48,175 bases of DNA from an uncultured Bacilli bacterium (GTDB taxonomy: Bacteria; Bacillota_I; Bacilli_A; RF39; UBA660): the NCBI GenBank assembly GCA_944359705.1, contig CALVSZ010000001.1:1-48175 (forward strand). The letters are read 5' to 3'. Position numbers and translations under genes: made by a program. The notes beneath the pieces were generated by a model, which saw only the letters and a program-made list of their open reading frames with translations, had not been told where the DNA came from and made no database searches. The first letter of the stretch is position 1. Each line of letters starts with the position of its first letter. This document shows, one piece after another, positions 9,017 through 19,447 of this stretch.

Positions 9017-9160
9017 ATAAAAAATGTGAAAGAACTTTTGATTTAATAAATAATAAATAATAATAAAGATGCTTGTTAAAGATATACATCTTTATTTTTT
9101 CTTTCAGTAATTTAATTGACAAACATATTAATAATTTATATAATTATTATGGGTGATAAA

Positions 9161-10333
9161 GTGAGAAAATTAACTATGATAATAGTATTACTATCTGTTT
9201 TCTTAATACCTATAAAAGTAGAAGCTAAATCGTTAAACGATTTTTATAATGAACTTGCTGATTTAGAAAAAAAATATGAAGAAGCAAATAGTAGTAAAAA
9301 ACTAAATGAACAACAATTAGAACAATTGGGAAAAGAAATAAATTCTATAAATGCATCTATCTTACAAGCCCAAGAAGATATTAAACAAGCAGAACAAGAT
9401 ATAGAAGATAGCAATAAAAAAATAGAAGAAAAAAAGAATGAAACTAATGAACTTATGAAATTTTTACAAATAACTAGTGGAGGTAATGTATATTTAGAGT
9501 ATTTATTTGAAGCAGAAAGTTATACAGATTTTATATATAGATATTCTATTGTAACACAAATGTCTGGTTATAATAATAAATTAATGGAAGAATTAGAAAC
9601 GTTAATAGCTGAATTAAATACTAAAAAACAAACGTTAAGTGATAAACAAAAAGACTTAGAAAGTCAAAGAAAAACTCTAAATGATAAACAAACGACATTA
9701 AGAGCAAATATTTCTGAATTAGAAGTAGAGGGAACAACTATTGAAGAAGATATTGCAGACATGAAAAAGCAAATTCAAGTATATGAAGCGCAAGGATGTT
9801 CGAGATATCAAGATATAACGACTTGTCAAGCTACAAGTGTTCCTACCGCTGATGGTTGGAATTATCCTTTATTATGGGGATGTGTTACTAGTGAATATAC
9901 AACATATCGTGAAGATTGGAATCCAGGAAGTGAACATCATGGAATAGATTTATCTTGTGTTGCTGAAGGGACTAATGTATATGCGACAGCAGAAGGAATG
10001 GTTGCTAGAGTAGTATATGGTTCTACTTGTGGTGGTAATATGGTGTATGTTTATCATAACGTAAATGGGAAAGCTTATACGTCTGTTTATATGCATCTAT
10101 TATCTATATCTGTAAGTAATGGACAAATAGTATTCCCAAGTACTGTCATTGGAAGAATGGGTGGAGGCTCAACTTCAACTGCTCATGGGGGATATGATAG
10201 ATGTACGACTGGGGCACATTTGCATTTTGGACTTGCTGAAGGGCATAATGCTTACTCATTTAATTCTTATTCCTTTAATCCAAGAAATATTTTCTATTTT
10301 CCACAAATTTATGGTGGATACTTCAGTAGATAG
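9161..10333 (+). CDS. Secreted M23 (LytM-type) peptidase with a long N-terminal coiled coil (EnvC-like architecture)
   Basis: Signal peptide (V)RKLTMIIVLLSVFLIPIKVEA, ~200 aa of heptad-rich Q/E/K sequence, then HHGIDL and GAHLHFGL (H-x3-D and H-x-H motifs). The start codon is uncertain (GTG 9161 or a nearby ATG). Confidence 0.8.
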   Translation: MRKLTMIIVLLSVFLIPIKVEAKSLNDFYNELADLEKKYEEANSSKKLNEQQLEQLGKEINSINASILQAQEDIKQAEQDIEDSNKKIEEKKNETNELMKFLQITSGGNVYLEYLFEAESYTDFIYRYSIVTQMSGYNNKLMEELETLIAELNTKKQTLSDKQKDLESQRKTLNDKQTTLRANISELEVEGTTIEEDIADMKKQIQVYEAQGCSRYQDITTCQATSVPTADGWNYPLLWGCVTSEYTTYREDWNPGSEHHGIDLSCVAEGTNVYATAEGMVARVVYGSTCGGNMVYVYHNVNGKAYTSVYMHLLSISVSNGQIVFPSTVIGRMGGGSTSTAHGGYDRCTTGAHLHFGLAEGHNAYSFNSYSFNPRNIFYFPQIYGGYFSR

Positions 10334-10353
10334 GGCAGTATATGCCCTTTTTT
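10333..10353 (+). terminator. Intrinsic terminator after the M23 peptidase gene
   Basis: GGGCA-GTATA-TGCCC followed by TTTTTT. The SD of the next gene follows directly. Confidence 0.6.
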
Positions 10354-10366
10354 AGGAGGTATATTT

Positions 10367-12676
10367 ATGTATGATGGTTTAACTAAACAAGAAGTAGAAT
10401 ATCGCATTCAAACAGGGATGGTTAATAATGAAAAAATTAAACATACAAGAAGTATAAAGTCAATTATTATGTCAAATGTTTTGACACTATTTAATTTTAT
10501 TAATATTGGATTATTAATTCTTGTTTTTACAACAGGTTATTTTGAAAATGGGTTATTTGCTATTATTATTATTATAAATACTTGTATTGCTATTGGTGGT
10601 GAAATAAAAGCTAAATACATATTAGATCATTTAAAAATAGCAACACAAGAAAAGGTAAAGGTAAAAAGAGAAGGAAAAATAATAGAGATAAACGTAGAAG
10701 AAATAGTTTTAGATGATTTACTTGTATTATCATCACAAGATCAAATTGTGGTAGATGCTGAAATTGTAAAAAGTTCTAATTTAGAAGTTGATGAATCAAT
10801 TATTACCGGTGAATCGGATCCAGTTATCAAAAGAAAAGGTGATAAATTATTATCAGGTGCTGTTATCATAAGTGGTGATGCTTTAGCAAAAGTAATATCT
10901 ATAGGTAGTAATAATTATGAAAATAAATTAATAAAAGAAGCAAGTAGTATTAAAGAAGAAGATTCTTATTTAATGAAAAGTGTTAATAAAATTTTAAAAT
11001 TAATTACAATACTAATTGTTCCGGTTGGGGTTATGCTTTTTATATCACAATACTTTTATAGCGGTCAAACTTATAGCGAAGCAATTCTAAGTACTGTTGC
11101 AGGAGTAATAGGAATGATTCCTGAGGGCTTGGTGCTCTTGACTAGCCTAGCTCTTACTGTTGGAGTAATAAAGATGGCTAAGAGAAAGGTTATTGTTCAA
11201 AAATTAAGTGGAATTGAAATGTTATCATGTGTTGATGTTTTGTGTTTAGATAAAACTGGTACTATTACTGATGGAACTATGGAAGTAATAGATATTGTAA
11301 AATTAAGTGATGATAATATAGATGACATTATGTATAATATGCTTCCTTCTAAACTTGTAAATGCCACTGATATTGCAATTTCTAATTACTTTAAGAAAGG
11401 TAATAAGTATGAAGAAGTAGACAATGTTCCTTTTTCTAGTTATCGTAAGTATAGCGCTAAAATGTTTAAAAATAAGGCTACTTATTATTTAGGCGCTATT
11501 GAATATATAACAGGAGAAAAAATAAATAAATATAGTAAGTATTTAGATAAATATATTGAAGCAGGATATAGAATAGTTAGTCTATGTAAATCAAATAAAA
11601 CATTAGATAAAGAAGTTGCTAGTGATACTAAAGTAATAGCGTTTATAATAATAAAAGATAATATTAGATTAAATGCTAAAGATACTCTTCATTATTTTAA
11701 AAGTCAAGGAGTAAGCTTAAAAATTATTTCTGGAGATAACCCTATTACAGTATCTAATATAATGAAAACCCTAGATTTTGATAATTATGATAAATACATA
11801 GAAGGAAAACAATTACCTGATGATTACCAAGAATTAAAAAAGATAGTTAATAATTATACGATTTTTGGAAGATGTACTCCTAAACAAAAACAATTAATTA
11901 TAAAAGCACTTAAAGAAACAAAAACAGTAGGAATGGTCGGTGATGGAGTAAATGATATATTAGCATTAAAAGAATCTGATTGTGCTATCGCACTAGCATC
12001 AGGAATTAGCGCCGCTAGAAGTGTATCAAAAATAGTTTTAACTACAGAAGACTTTAGTGTTTTACCATTAATTGTCGGAGAAGGAAGAAGAGTAGTTAAT
12101 AATATCGAAAGAGTAGCAAGTATGTTTTTAGTAAAAACTACTTACTCAATTCTTTTGTCAATATTAGTTATAATATTAGCTCATGAGTATCCTTTTTATC
12201 CAATTCAATTGTCTTTAATAAGTAGTTTTTGTGTAGGAGTTCCATCATTTTTCTTAGCACTAGAGCCTAATTACGATAAAGTAAGTGGTAAATTTATAAT
12301 AAATGTTTTAAGAAATGCCCTTCCAAGTGGAATATGTGTTTTTGTAAATATCTTTTTTGTAATAATGATAACTAATATATTTAAAATTAATTATAGTGAA
12401 GTAAGACTTTTGGTAGTTGTCCTTACAGGATTTATTAATTTAAGACTTTTATATAATATTTGTAAACCACTTAACCTTCAAAGGAAAATATTACTAGTGG
12501 GTTGTTCAATTGCCTTTTTTGAATTATTAATTTTATTACCAGACTTTTTTGTTGTAAATAAAATATCATTATTAAAATTAATTCCAATTATAATAATGGG
12601 GTATGCAGATACTTATGTGATATCTTTTTTAGAAGAATTATATGACCGATATATAAAAAGGAGTAGACTATGTTAA
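10367..12676 (+). CDS. Cation-translocating P-type ATPase (type II-like, HAD-IC)
   Basis: ITGESDPV (TGES), CLDKTGTITDG (DKTGT phosphorylation site), MVGDGVNDILALKESD (GDGxND) and ~10 TM segments. Confidence 0.9.
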   Translation: MYDGLTKQEVEYRIQTGMVNNEKIKHTRSIKSIIMSNVLTLFNFINIGLLILVFTTGYFENGLFAIIIIINTCIAIGGEIKAKYILDHLKIATQEKVKVKREGKIIEINVEEIVLDDLLVLSSQDQIVVDAEIVKSSNLEVDESIITGESDPVIKRKGDKLLSGAVIISGDALAKVISIGSNNYENKLIKEASSIKEEDSYLMKSVNKILKLITILIVPVGVMLFISQYFYSGQTYSEAILSTVAGVIGMIPEGLVLLTSLALTVGVIKMAKRKVIVQKLSGIEMLSCVDVLCLDKTGTITDGTMEVIDIVKLSDDNIDDIMYNMLPSKLVNATDIAISNYFKKGNKYEEVDNVPFSSYRKYSAKMFKNKATYYLGAIEYITGEKINKYSKYLDKYIEAGYRIVSLCKSNKTLDKEVASDTKVIAFIIIKDNIRLNAKDTLHYFKSQGVSLKIISGDNPITVSNIMKTLDFDNYDKYIEGKQLPDDYQELKKIVNNYTIFGRCTPKQKQLIIKALKETKTVGMVGDGVNDILALKESDCAIALASGISAARSVSKIVLTTEDFSVLPLIVGEGRRVVNNIERVASMFLVKTTYSILLSILVIILAHEYPFYPIQLSLISSFCVGVPSFFLALEPNYDKVSGKFIINVLRNALPSGICVFVNIFFVIMITNIFKINYSEVRLLVVVLTGFINLRLLYNICKPLNLQRKILLVGCSIAFFELLILLPDFFVVNKISLLKLIPIIIMGYADTYVISFLEELYDRYIKRSRLC

Positions 12677-13320
12677 AAAAAGTTAAATTAAGTTATATTT
12701 GGGTAACTGGTGTTTATATAATATTAATTATAATATTATATTTAGTTGTAGAATACAAAATAAAATATGAAGATGGTATTTTCTTTAATTATTTATACTT
12801 TTATAATTGTAATGATGAATTATGCACTACCAATAATTATGATGATATAAAAAATGATGGATTAGTTTACTCAATATATCGTTATGATTATAATGGAGAA
12901 ATCCCTACTTATGAAAAAATAAATAATCAATATCTTATTTTAAATGATAACAAAAACTATCTATATTATGATTATATAGAAGGAAAAGTGGTTAATGATT
13001 ATCAAGAATATAAAAATATAAATAATGAATATTTAATAGTAAAAAATAATGAAAAATATGGTATAATTGATATTGATAATAATAGTAAGTTAGATATTAG
13101 TTATGATTACATAGATTATATAACGGAAATATTTATTACTATAAAAAATAAAACATTAGATGTATTTAATAAAGACTTTGTAAGTATATTAGAAGATAAA
13201 ATAACATTTACAGATAATGATAAAATTGATTTTAAATTTAATGAAAATACTATAGATGTAATAATAGGAGAAAATAAATATATATATGATTTAATAAATA
13301 AGAAGATAGAAAAAGAATAA
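12670..13320 (+). CDS. Membrane-anchored hypothetical protein with WG-type beta-repeat-like segments
   Basis: The start overlaps the ATPase stop and has SD AAAGGAG. One N-terminal TM. EKYGIIDIDNNSKLDISYDYIDYI resembles KWG/WG-containing repeats. Confidence 0.55.
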   Translation: MLKKVKLSYIWVTGVYIILIIILYLVVEYKIKYEDGIFFNYLYFYNCNDELCTTNNYDDIKNDGLVYSIYRYDYNGEIPTYEKINNQYLILNDNKNYLYYDYIEGKVVNDYQEYKNINNEYLIVKNNEKYGIIDIDNNSKLDISYDYIDYITEIFITIKNKTLDVFNKDFVSILEDKITFTDNDKIDFKFNENTIDVIIGENKYIYDLINKKIEKE

Positions 13321-13334
13321 GGGATGATTTTATT

Positions 13335-14207
13335 ATGAAAGGTAAAACATTAAGAGTAATTGAACTAGAAAAGAAAATAGAAGAAAAAGAGCATATGTTA
13401 GATGTATATGCCGTGTTTAAAGATTTAAAATATGGTAATGTATATACAATATATAAAGACAATAATGATATTACTTCTGATGTTTTACATTATGCTTCAT
13501 CTCATTTTAAACAGAGTACTTTAGTAGTTTTAGATGTTAAAGAAAAAGGAAAGGTTGAAGAATTAGTTAAAGAGCTTGTATGGAATATTTTAAATAATGT
13601 AAATAGTAATGACTTTGAAATGCTTGATTTAAAAGATATCGATAGAGTAGAAATAATTGGATCTAATACATTAAAAGTTAAAGATGAAGTATTATCCACT
13701 TTAAAAAAATTATGTATTCCTAAAGTAAAACAAACTAACGATGAACAAAAAGCAAAGTCTTCAGCATGGATTCTTGCCCTAGGATTTACTATAGCAATAG
13801 GTATAGCTAGTTATTTTGTTATTACTCATAAAGAAGAATTTAAACCAGAAACTTTTAATCTTATATGTACTAAAGAATATGAAGATGATGAACTTAACGC
13901 TAAAGTTGATTATAATGACACCTTGATATTTAATACTAATTATGAATTAGTTGAAAGAAATATAATAATGCTTTACACTTTTAATAGTACAGATAGTTAT
14001 AATGAATATAAAAGATTGGGTCTTTATTATAAAATAAATCCCGTTTCTTCTAGTTCCAAAATGGAATATATAGATGATGATATAAATAATATTTTTACTA
14101 TAAAAGAAAGCGTAACGACAGAAAAAGAATATTTTGAAGCAACTGAATATAGTGAAGTTGTCGATAGGATGAATTTTAATAATTATAAATGTGTAGTAAG
14201 TGAGTGA
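13335..14207 (+). CDS. Hypothetical bitopic membrane protein
   Basis: ORF in the operon with one central TM (AWILALGFTIAIGIASYFVI). No motif recognised. Confidence 0.55.
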   Translation: MKGKTLRVIELEKKIEEKEHMLDVYAVFKDLKYGNVYTIYKDNNDITSDVLHYASSHFKQSTLVVLDVKEKGKVEELVKELVWNILNNVNSNDFEMLDLKDIDRVEIIGSNTLKVKDEVLSTLKKLCIPKVKQTNDEQKAKSSAWILALGFTIAIGIASYFVITHKEEFKPETFNLICTKEYEDDELNAKVDYNDTLIFNTNYELVERNIIMLYTFNSTDSYNEYKRLGLYYKINPVSSSSKMEYIDDDINNIFTIKESVTTEKEYFEATEYSEVVDRMNFNNYKCVVSE

Positions 14208-14212
14208 TAAAT

Positions 14213-15133
14213 ATGGAAATATATTTATTCTATGGTAATAATTATTCAATAATTGAAGATAAAATTAATAATATTATTTTAAAAAATAATATAGATGCTA
14301 ATAATGTTATTAAATATGATATGGAAAATAATTTGGATAATATTATTGAGGAATTATCTATGAATAGTTTATTCGGAGATAAGAAAGCTGTTATCGTAGA
14401 TATAACTTTTAAAAAAGAAGTAAACGATAAAAAAATAGAAGAATTTTTAGATAAAAGTAAAAATAATTCTAATATATTAATATTTAATTGTGCCAATGAA
14501 AAAATAGATACAAGAAGAAAAATATATAAAATAATTAATAAATATGGTAAGATTGAAGAATTAAATAAAAATCATGACTACGTAGTTGATTATATAAAAA
14601 AAAGTTTACAAGATAATAATAAGTCAATGGATATAAATTATTTTTTAAGTAAAGTAAATGATGATTTGGATAATATAAAAAATGAATTAGATAAATTAAT
14701 TTTATATAAAATAAATGATTCACATATTGAAAATAGTGACATAGATAATTTAGTTATACCAAATATTGAAGAAGAAATATTCGTATTATCAGATAGTGTG
14801 ATAAAAAAAGACAAAAAGAAATCAATTGAACTATATCAAAACTTTTTAAATAGAAACTATGAACCAATTTATATTATTAGCTTACTAGGAAGTCAATTTC
14901 ACTTTTTATATCAAGTAAAAAGATTATACAATCAAAATAAATCTAATGATGAAATAGCTAGTATCTTATCTGCACATCCTTATAGAGTGAAATTAACCAT
15001 TCAAAATAGTTATATCTATACGGAAGAAATTTTATTGAAGAAAATTTATGAATTAGCAAATATGGATAAGAATATTAAATTAGGCAATATTGATAAAAAT
15101 TTAGCATTGGAAATGTTTTTAGTGGAGGGATAA
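14213..15133 (+). CDS. holA: DNA polymerase III delta subunit
   Basis: The N-terminal IYLFYGNNYSIIEDKI pattern, the ~306 aa length and the helical C-terminal domain are typical of HolA. Start placed at MEIYLFYG. Confidence 0.7.
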   Translation: MEIYLFYGNNYSIIEDKINNIILKNNIDANNVIKYDMENNLDNIIEELSMNSLFGDKKAVIVDITFKKEVNDKKIEEFLDKSKNNSNILIFNCANEKIDTRRKIYKIINKYGKIEELNKNHDYVVDYIKKSLQDNNKSMDINYFLSKVNDDLDNIKNELDKLILYKINDSHIENSDIDNLVIPNIEEEIFVLSDSVIKKDKKKSIELYQNFLNRNYEPIYIISLLGSQFHFLYQVKRLYNQNKSNDEIASILSAHPYRVKLTIQNSYIYTEEILLKKIYELANMDKNIKLGNIDKNLALEMFLVEG

Positions 15134-15134
15134 A

Positions 15135-15575
15135 ATGAAGTTTAGTGAAGAAGATATTATTAATAGTGTTAGTTTAAGTAACGATAATTTACATAGTGTT
15201 ATTTTACTTAGATTATATGATGATTATCAAAAATACTTGCAAAATAGAAATTTTAATATAGAAGATATATCAATGCTTGAGATAAGAAATTCATATGATA
15301 ACATTTGTAAAAAAATAGAAGGTAATAAAACTTCCTCAGAAACTTTTTATAATAAAAATGTTGATAGTTATATTGAAAATGAGTTTTTAATTTTAAAAAA
15401 TGCTATTTCTAGTTGTGATAAAAAGGATAAAGATAAATTAGATGAAATAATTGCTTTAATAACTGAATTAGAGAGTTTATTAAAAATAAAAATTTCTTTT
15501 CCAAATGCATTAGAAAAATGTATATCAAATAAATTAAAAAAAGAAAATGTAAAAAGATATTATAAGGGGAAATAA
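15135..15575 (+). CDS. Hypothetical helical protein (cassette gene 1 of 4)
   Basis: Starts 1 nt after the holA stop, behind GGAGGG. No recognisable motif. Confidence 0.7.
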   Translation: MKFSEEDIINSVSLSNDNLHSVILLRLYDDYQKYLQNRNFNIEDISMLEIRNSYDNICKKIEGNKTSSETFYNKNVDSYIENEFLILKNAISSCDKKDKDKLDEIIALITELESLLKIKISFPNALEKCISNKLKKENVKRYYKGK

Positions 15576-15579
15576 TATT

Positions 15580-17607
15580 ATGAATGAGTTAATAATTAAG
15601 ATAAAAAAAGAATTAGAAACAAAAATTGAAGAATTAGAACAAAGACTAGATGAACTTCAAAACAAAAATTATACTTCTACTTATGATAAAGTAAATACTT
15701 TTATTAATGAGTATGAAAAACAAGGTAATTTTAATATTTCTTTATTACAATCATTTTATGATGAAGTAGATAATTCAAAATTAATGGATATAACAGAATA
15801 TCAAGACATATTAAATGCTATTTTGGAAATTAAAAGTATAAATGATAATGGTATTTTTGATAATGATATATTAAAATTAACTGAAAAATTAAAACAAATG
15901 ATATTATCATGTAAGCATATATCAAATGAGCTATTAAATAAAATAAAAAATAATGGTTATGATAAACGCGTAGTTAAAAATGATATTCTTAAATTAAGAG
16001 AAATAGCTCTATCATTAGAGTCTTTAACAACAAATAATGTAATAAGTAGTGATAGTTTAGCATTAATTTATGATTTTATTAGAGAAAGTTGTCAAGAATT
16101 AACACAAGATGAAAAAATATCATTATCTAAATATTTATGTGATAAAAATGTATCATTAATGGATTCTATTATTAAAAAAGCTGTTTTAAGGGAAAATGTG
16201 AAGAAAAAACAAGAAGAATTAGTTAAAGAACAATCACAAGTACGTGAAGAACAAAAACCCGAAGTAATAAAACCATTAAATTTTGAAGAATGGTTAAAAT
16301 CAAAGGTATCAGATAAAGAATATAACTTATATTTAAAAGCTATGGATTTGATTAATGGTAATTTTAACTCTAGTAATATGACTGATATGGTGATGAAAGT
16401 ACTTGAAAAAAGTGGAAAGAATAAACCATTAGAGGAACGATTAGCTTTGTATAAAACTTTATCAGATTATAAAAGCCAAAAGTATCTTATGATTATGGAT
16501 ATTAAAGATAATATTATAGAGGCAATGATAGCGAATTATCAAGAAGATAAACTAATTTTAGATTTATTTGCTGAGTTAGAACTTATGTTAGAAGAATATA
16601 TAAAAGTAGATAAGCAAGAACAAGAACAATTAAAAGAAAGTAAGTTTGATTATGAAAAATTATTAAAGGAATTAAACAAAAAAGAAGAATTAATGTTTTT
16701 AGGAGAATTAGATGACTTAATTCATAAAGTTGCGCTTAAAAGTGAGAAAGATAAAAGCTTTAAAGTAACGGCTAGCCAATTTGTAGAGCAATTATTATCT
16801 AAAAAAATGGATTATATTGAAAGTTTAAGAATGTATGATGAAAGTAAGAGCCTAGAAACTTTGTCATTATCAGAAGAAATATATAGAGAATTGGCTGAAC
16901 CATTTGTTCAATTACAAAAAGTATATGAAGATTATACATATTCTAATCCAAATGAAGTAAATGATTTAGAACAATTAGGTAAAGATTTTTATAACAGTGC
17001 TGATAAATTTTGTAATGTAATAGTTTTCCCTACGCCAACTTCTAGTGTAGTATCGGAAATAGAAGAAGATATTGAAAGAGATTCTAGTATAACCCAAAAA
17101 GGTAAAGGGTATGTACAAGCTCTAGATAAGTTAAGAATGATGGTATCAACTGATTATGTTTCTGAAAGTAATAAAGAAGATAATCACAGAGTAAAATCAG
17201 ATAAATATTCAAATGAATTTTTAAAAGAATTTAGAGTAAAGAATGAAAGAAATGGGGAAGTTCGTATATTTTATAGCCAATTTTCCACGACATTAGGACA
17301 AATTATATCTCATGATGGTAAATTTAATTTGGGCGTGTTATTTGTCCATGAGATAGCTTATGGAGATACTGATGGATCTAAGAAAAGCGATATTAACATA
17401 GAAGCTTTAGATAGATGTTATAAAAATAGAGATGAAATTAGAAAAATATTAGCATTATTTAACACTAAGTGGGATAAACTTAGCGAGGAAGAAAGAAGTA
17501 CGGCTCAAGCGGAAGTTAATGCATGTTTACAAAAAAATGAAAAACAATTAGGGCACTTTATTATGAAGAAAAATGAAGTTGTTGCTAAAGAAGGAGTATT
17601 ATCATGA
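15580..17607 (+). CDS. Large hypothetical coiled-coil protein (cassette gene 2), C-terminal ~150 aa possibly RelE/ParE/HigB-fold-like
   Basis: SD AGGGGA. 675 aa, rich in K/E/L heptads. The C-terminal EFRVKNERNGEVRIFYSQF...LGVLFVHEIAYGD resembles the strand pattern of RelE-superfamily modules (weak, by eye). Confidence 0.7.
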   Translation: MNELIIKIKKELETKIEELEQRLDELQNKNYTSTYDKVNTFINEYEKQGNFNISLLQSFYDEVDNSKLMDITEYQDILNAILEIKSINDNGIFDNDILKLTEKLKQMILSCKHISNELLNKIKNNGYDKRVVKNDILKLREIALSLESLTTNNVISSDSLALIYDFIRESCQELTQDEKISLSKYLCDKNVSLMDSIIKKAVLRENVKKKQEELVKEQSQVREEQKPEVIKPLNFEEWLKSKVSDKEYNLYLKAMDLINGNFNSSNMTDMVMKVLEKSGKNKPLEERLALYKTLSDYKSQKYLMIMDIKDNIIEAMIANYQEDKLILDLFAELELMLEEYIKVDKQEQEQLKESKFDYEKLLKELNKKEELMFLGELDDLIHKVALKSEKDKSFKVTASQFVEQLLSKKMDYIESLRMYDESKSLETLSLSEEIYRELAEPFVQLQKVYEDYTYSNPNEVNDLEQLGKDFYNSADKFCNVIVFPTPTSSVVSEIEEDIERDSSITQKGKGYVQALDKLRMMVSTDYVSESNKEDNHRVKSDKYSNEFLKEFRVKNERNGEVRIFYSQFSTTLGQIISHDGKFNLGVLFVHEIAYGDTDGSKKSDINIEALDRCYKNRDEIRKILALFNTKWDKLSEEERSTAQAEVNACLQKNEKQLGHFIMKKNEVVAKEGVLS

Positions 17608-19445
17608 ATGGAATTGAAAAATTAAAGAAAATAATTGAAGTACAAATTTCAAATATAAATAATACTATTAATAAATATATTCTTCTATCTTCCCTAGAAT
17701 CGTATGCTATTAAACTAGATGAAGAAAATTTATGGGATTTAACTGAAGAAGAAGCCAAATATATTATTAATAATTTAAAAAATATAAGCAAATTAACTTC
17801 TACTGAAGAAAAGTTCTTGTTAGATTTTGTAAAATTACCACCTGAAGTAAAAAAAGTAAAGAAAACATATGTTGGTTTAGATGAAAAACAATTATCAATT
17901 TTTAAAGGAATAAAAGACAAAATTTCAAGTCATAAAGAAGATAATTTGAAAAAAGATATAGATAGATTAAATAGTATATTAGCAGATTATAAAAATCTAC
18001 TTTCTAAATTAAGCGAACAAAATAATATGTTCTTAATAACGGAGACAAATATAATATCAGAGTTATTAACTCAAGAAAAAATATCACTAGAAGAGCAAAT
18101 GCAAATATTTTTAGATGTTAATAAATTAAATGAAAAAATATTTGCAAATTATGGATTAAAAGATAGTTATGAAGAAGAAGATATAGATGAAGATAGTCTT
18201 GGAATAACTAATTTATCAGAAGAAAAACTAGATGAATTATTTAAAAATTATGGAATTGTTTGGGAAAGCGTTTCTTTACTAAATAGCGAATCTAAAATTG
18301 ATAAGATAACAAAGGCTAAACTCTATTGGAAAGCTAAATTATTAAAGTATGGTGATTATGATAAGATATCTGAATTATTAGAGTTCTTAAGTGACAAAAG
18401 ACTTACTCATATTTTTGAAATGCCAGAAATATTAGTAAAAGTGTTATTATATTCTTCAGTTTCCAAAATAACAGAAGCTATTAATACTGCTGAAGAAAAT
18501 AGTCTCAATTATTTAAAGATATTCCGTGATTCACCTACATTGATGTATCCTAGTATTAAAGAGAGAAGAAGCATAAAATTACTTCCTGGTGGCGGACATG
18601 GACCTAGAAAAGAAGGAACAACTACTAGTGGATCTTTAAATAAATTTATAAATAATAGTAAATTCTTAAAAGATAATGGAATACCTGTAGATGTTGTATA
18701 TTCCAATTGTAAAGATTTCTTTACATTTAGTACTAAAACTATAGAAGAAGTATATTCCGAATTAATGCTATATGGATTTTCTTTTAGGTATCCAAATGGT
18801 GAAGTAAGAAATGGATTTAGTTGTTTAACATCATCAGATGTAATGGATAAACTGGATATTGCTATTGAAGCTGGGTGTGTATACTATTATCAAGATAATC
18901 TTTCTAAATTATTAGATAATACCCTAAACTTATATAAAGTAAAATTTGCTCGTTCAAATAATTTTAGTGGTTCAAATATTTTTAGAACATATCGTCAAAA
19001 TAATGGATATACATCAACTGCTTTAATTGGAGCCTTTAAAGAAAATAGAGAATATGGTATATCTAGTGATGATACGTTTAGTAAATATGGTGCGGTAGAT
19101 GTTTCAAAGGAATTAGATGAAAACAAATACATGTTATATAGTTCAGTAATTAATAACAGCGATAGTAATCGTATTACGGAATTAGCGTTAAATGATTTTC
19201 TAATAACCCAACTAGATGATAAATATAAAGATCAAAATAATGATTTAATTTATAATTTTGATGGAGTTATTATATCGAGAATAAAAGTACTTAGATTATA
19301 TCAAGCACTTATTAGTAATTCAAGTATAGAATATGACAAAGATTTACTTGTGTATGTAATCACTAGAAATAGTATGCTAAATATTGAAGAGATGGAAAAA
19401 ATTAGAGAGTGTTTAAAGACTATTAAATTTAAAGGGAGGTCATAA
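17604..19445 (+). CDS. Large hypothetical helical-repeat protein (cassette gene 3)
   Basis: ATGA overlap with the upstream stop, SD AGGAG. 613 aa. Repeated (F/L)LK-x-x-G-I-type helical motifs and a Gly-rich loop LPGGGHGPRKEG. No Walker or nuclease motif seen. Confidence 0.7.
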   Translation: MNGIEKLKKIIEVQISNINNTINKYILLSSLESYAIKLDEENLWDLTEEEAKYIINNLKNISKLTSTEEKFLLDFVKLPPEVKKVKKTYVGLDEKQLSIFKGIKDKISSHKEDNLKKDIDRLNSILADYKNLLSKLSEQNNMFLITETNIISELLTQEKISLEEQMQIFLDVNKLNEKIFANYGLKDSYEEEDIDEDSLGITNLSEEKLDELFKNYGIVWESVSLLNSESKIDKITKAKLYWKAKLLKYGDYDKISELLEFLSDKRLTHIFEMPEILVKVLLYSSVSKITEAINTAEENSLNYLKIFRDSPTLMYPSIKERRSIKLLPGGGHGPRKEGTTTSGSLNKFINNSKFLKDNGIPVDVVYSNCKDFFTFSTKTIEEVYSELMLYGFSFRYPNGEVRNGFSCLTSSDVMDKLDIAIEAGCVYYYQDNLSKLLDNTLNLYKVKFARSNNFSGSNIFRTYRQNNGYTSTALIGAFKENREYGISSDDTFSKYGAVDVSKELDENKYMLYSSVINNSDSNRITELALNDFLITQLDDKYKDQNNDLIYNFDGVIISRIKVLRLYQALISNSSIEYDKDLLVYVITRNSMLNIEEMEKIRECLKTIKFKGRS

Positions 19446-19447
19446 TT

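Noticed and set aside
10149-10355. Same-strand 68-aa ORF overlapping the 3' end of the M23 peptidase gene.
   Set aside because: It lies in an alternative frame of a region that encodes the conserved M23 catalytic motifs. It has no SD and runs into the terminator.
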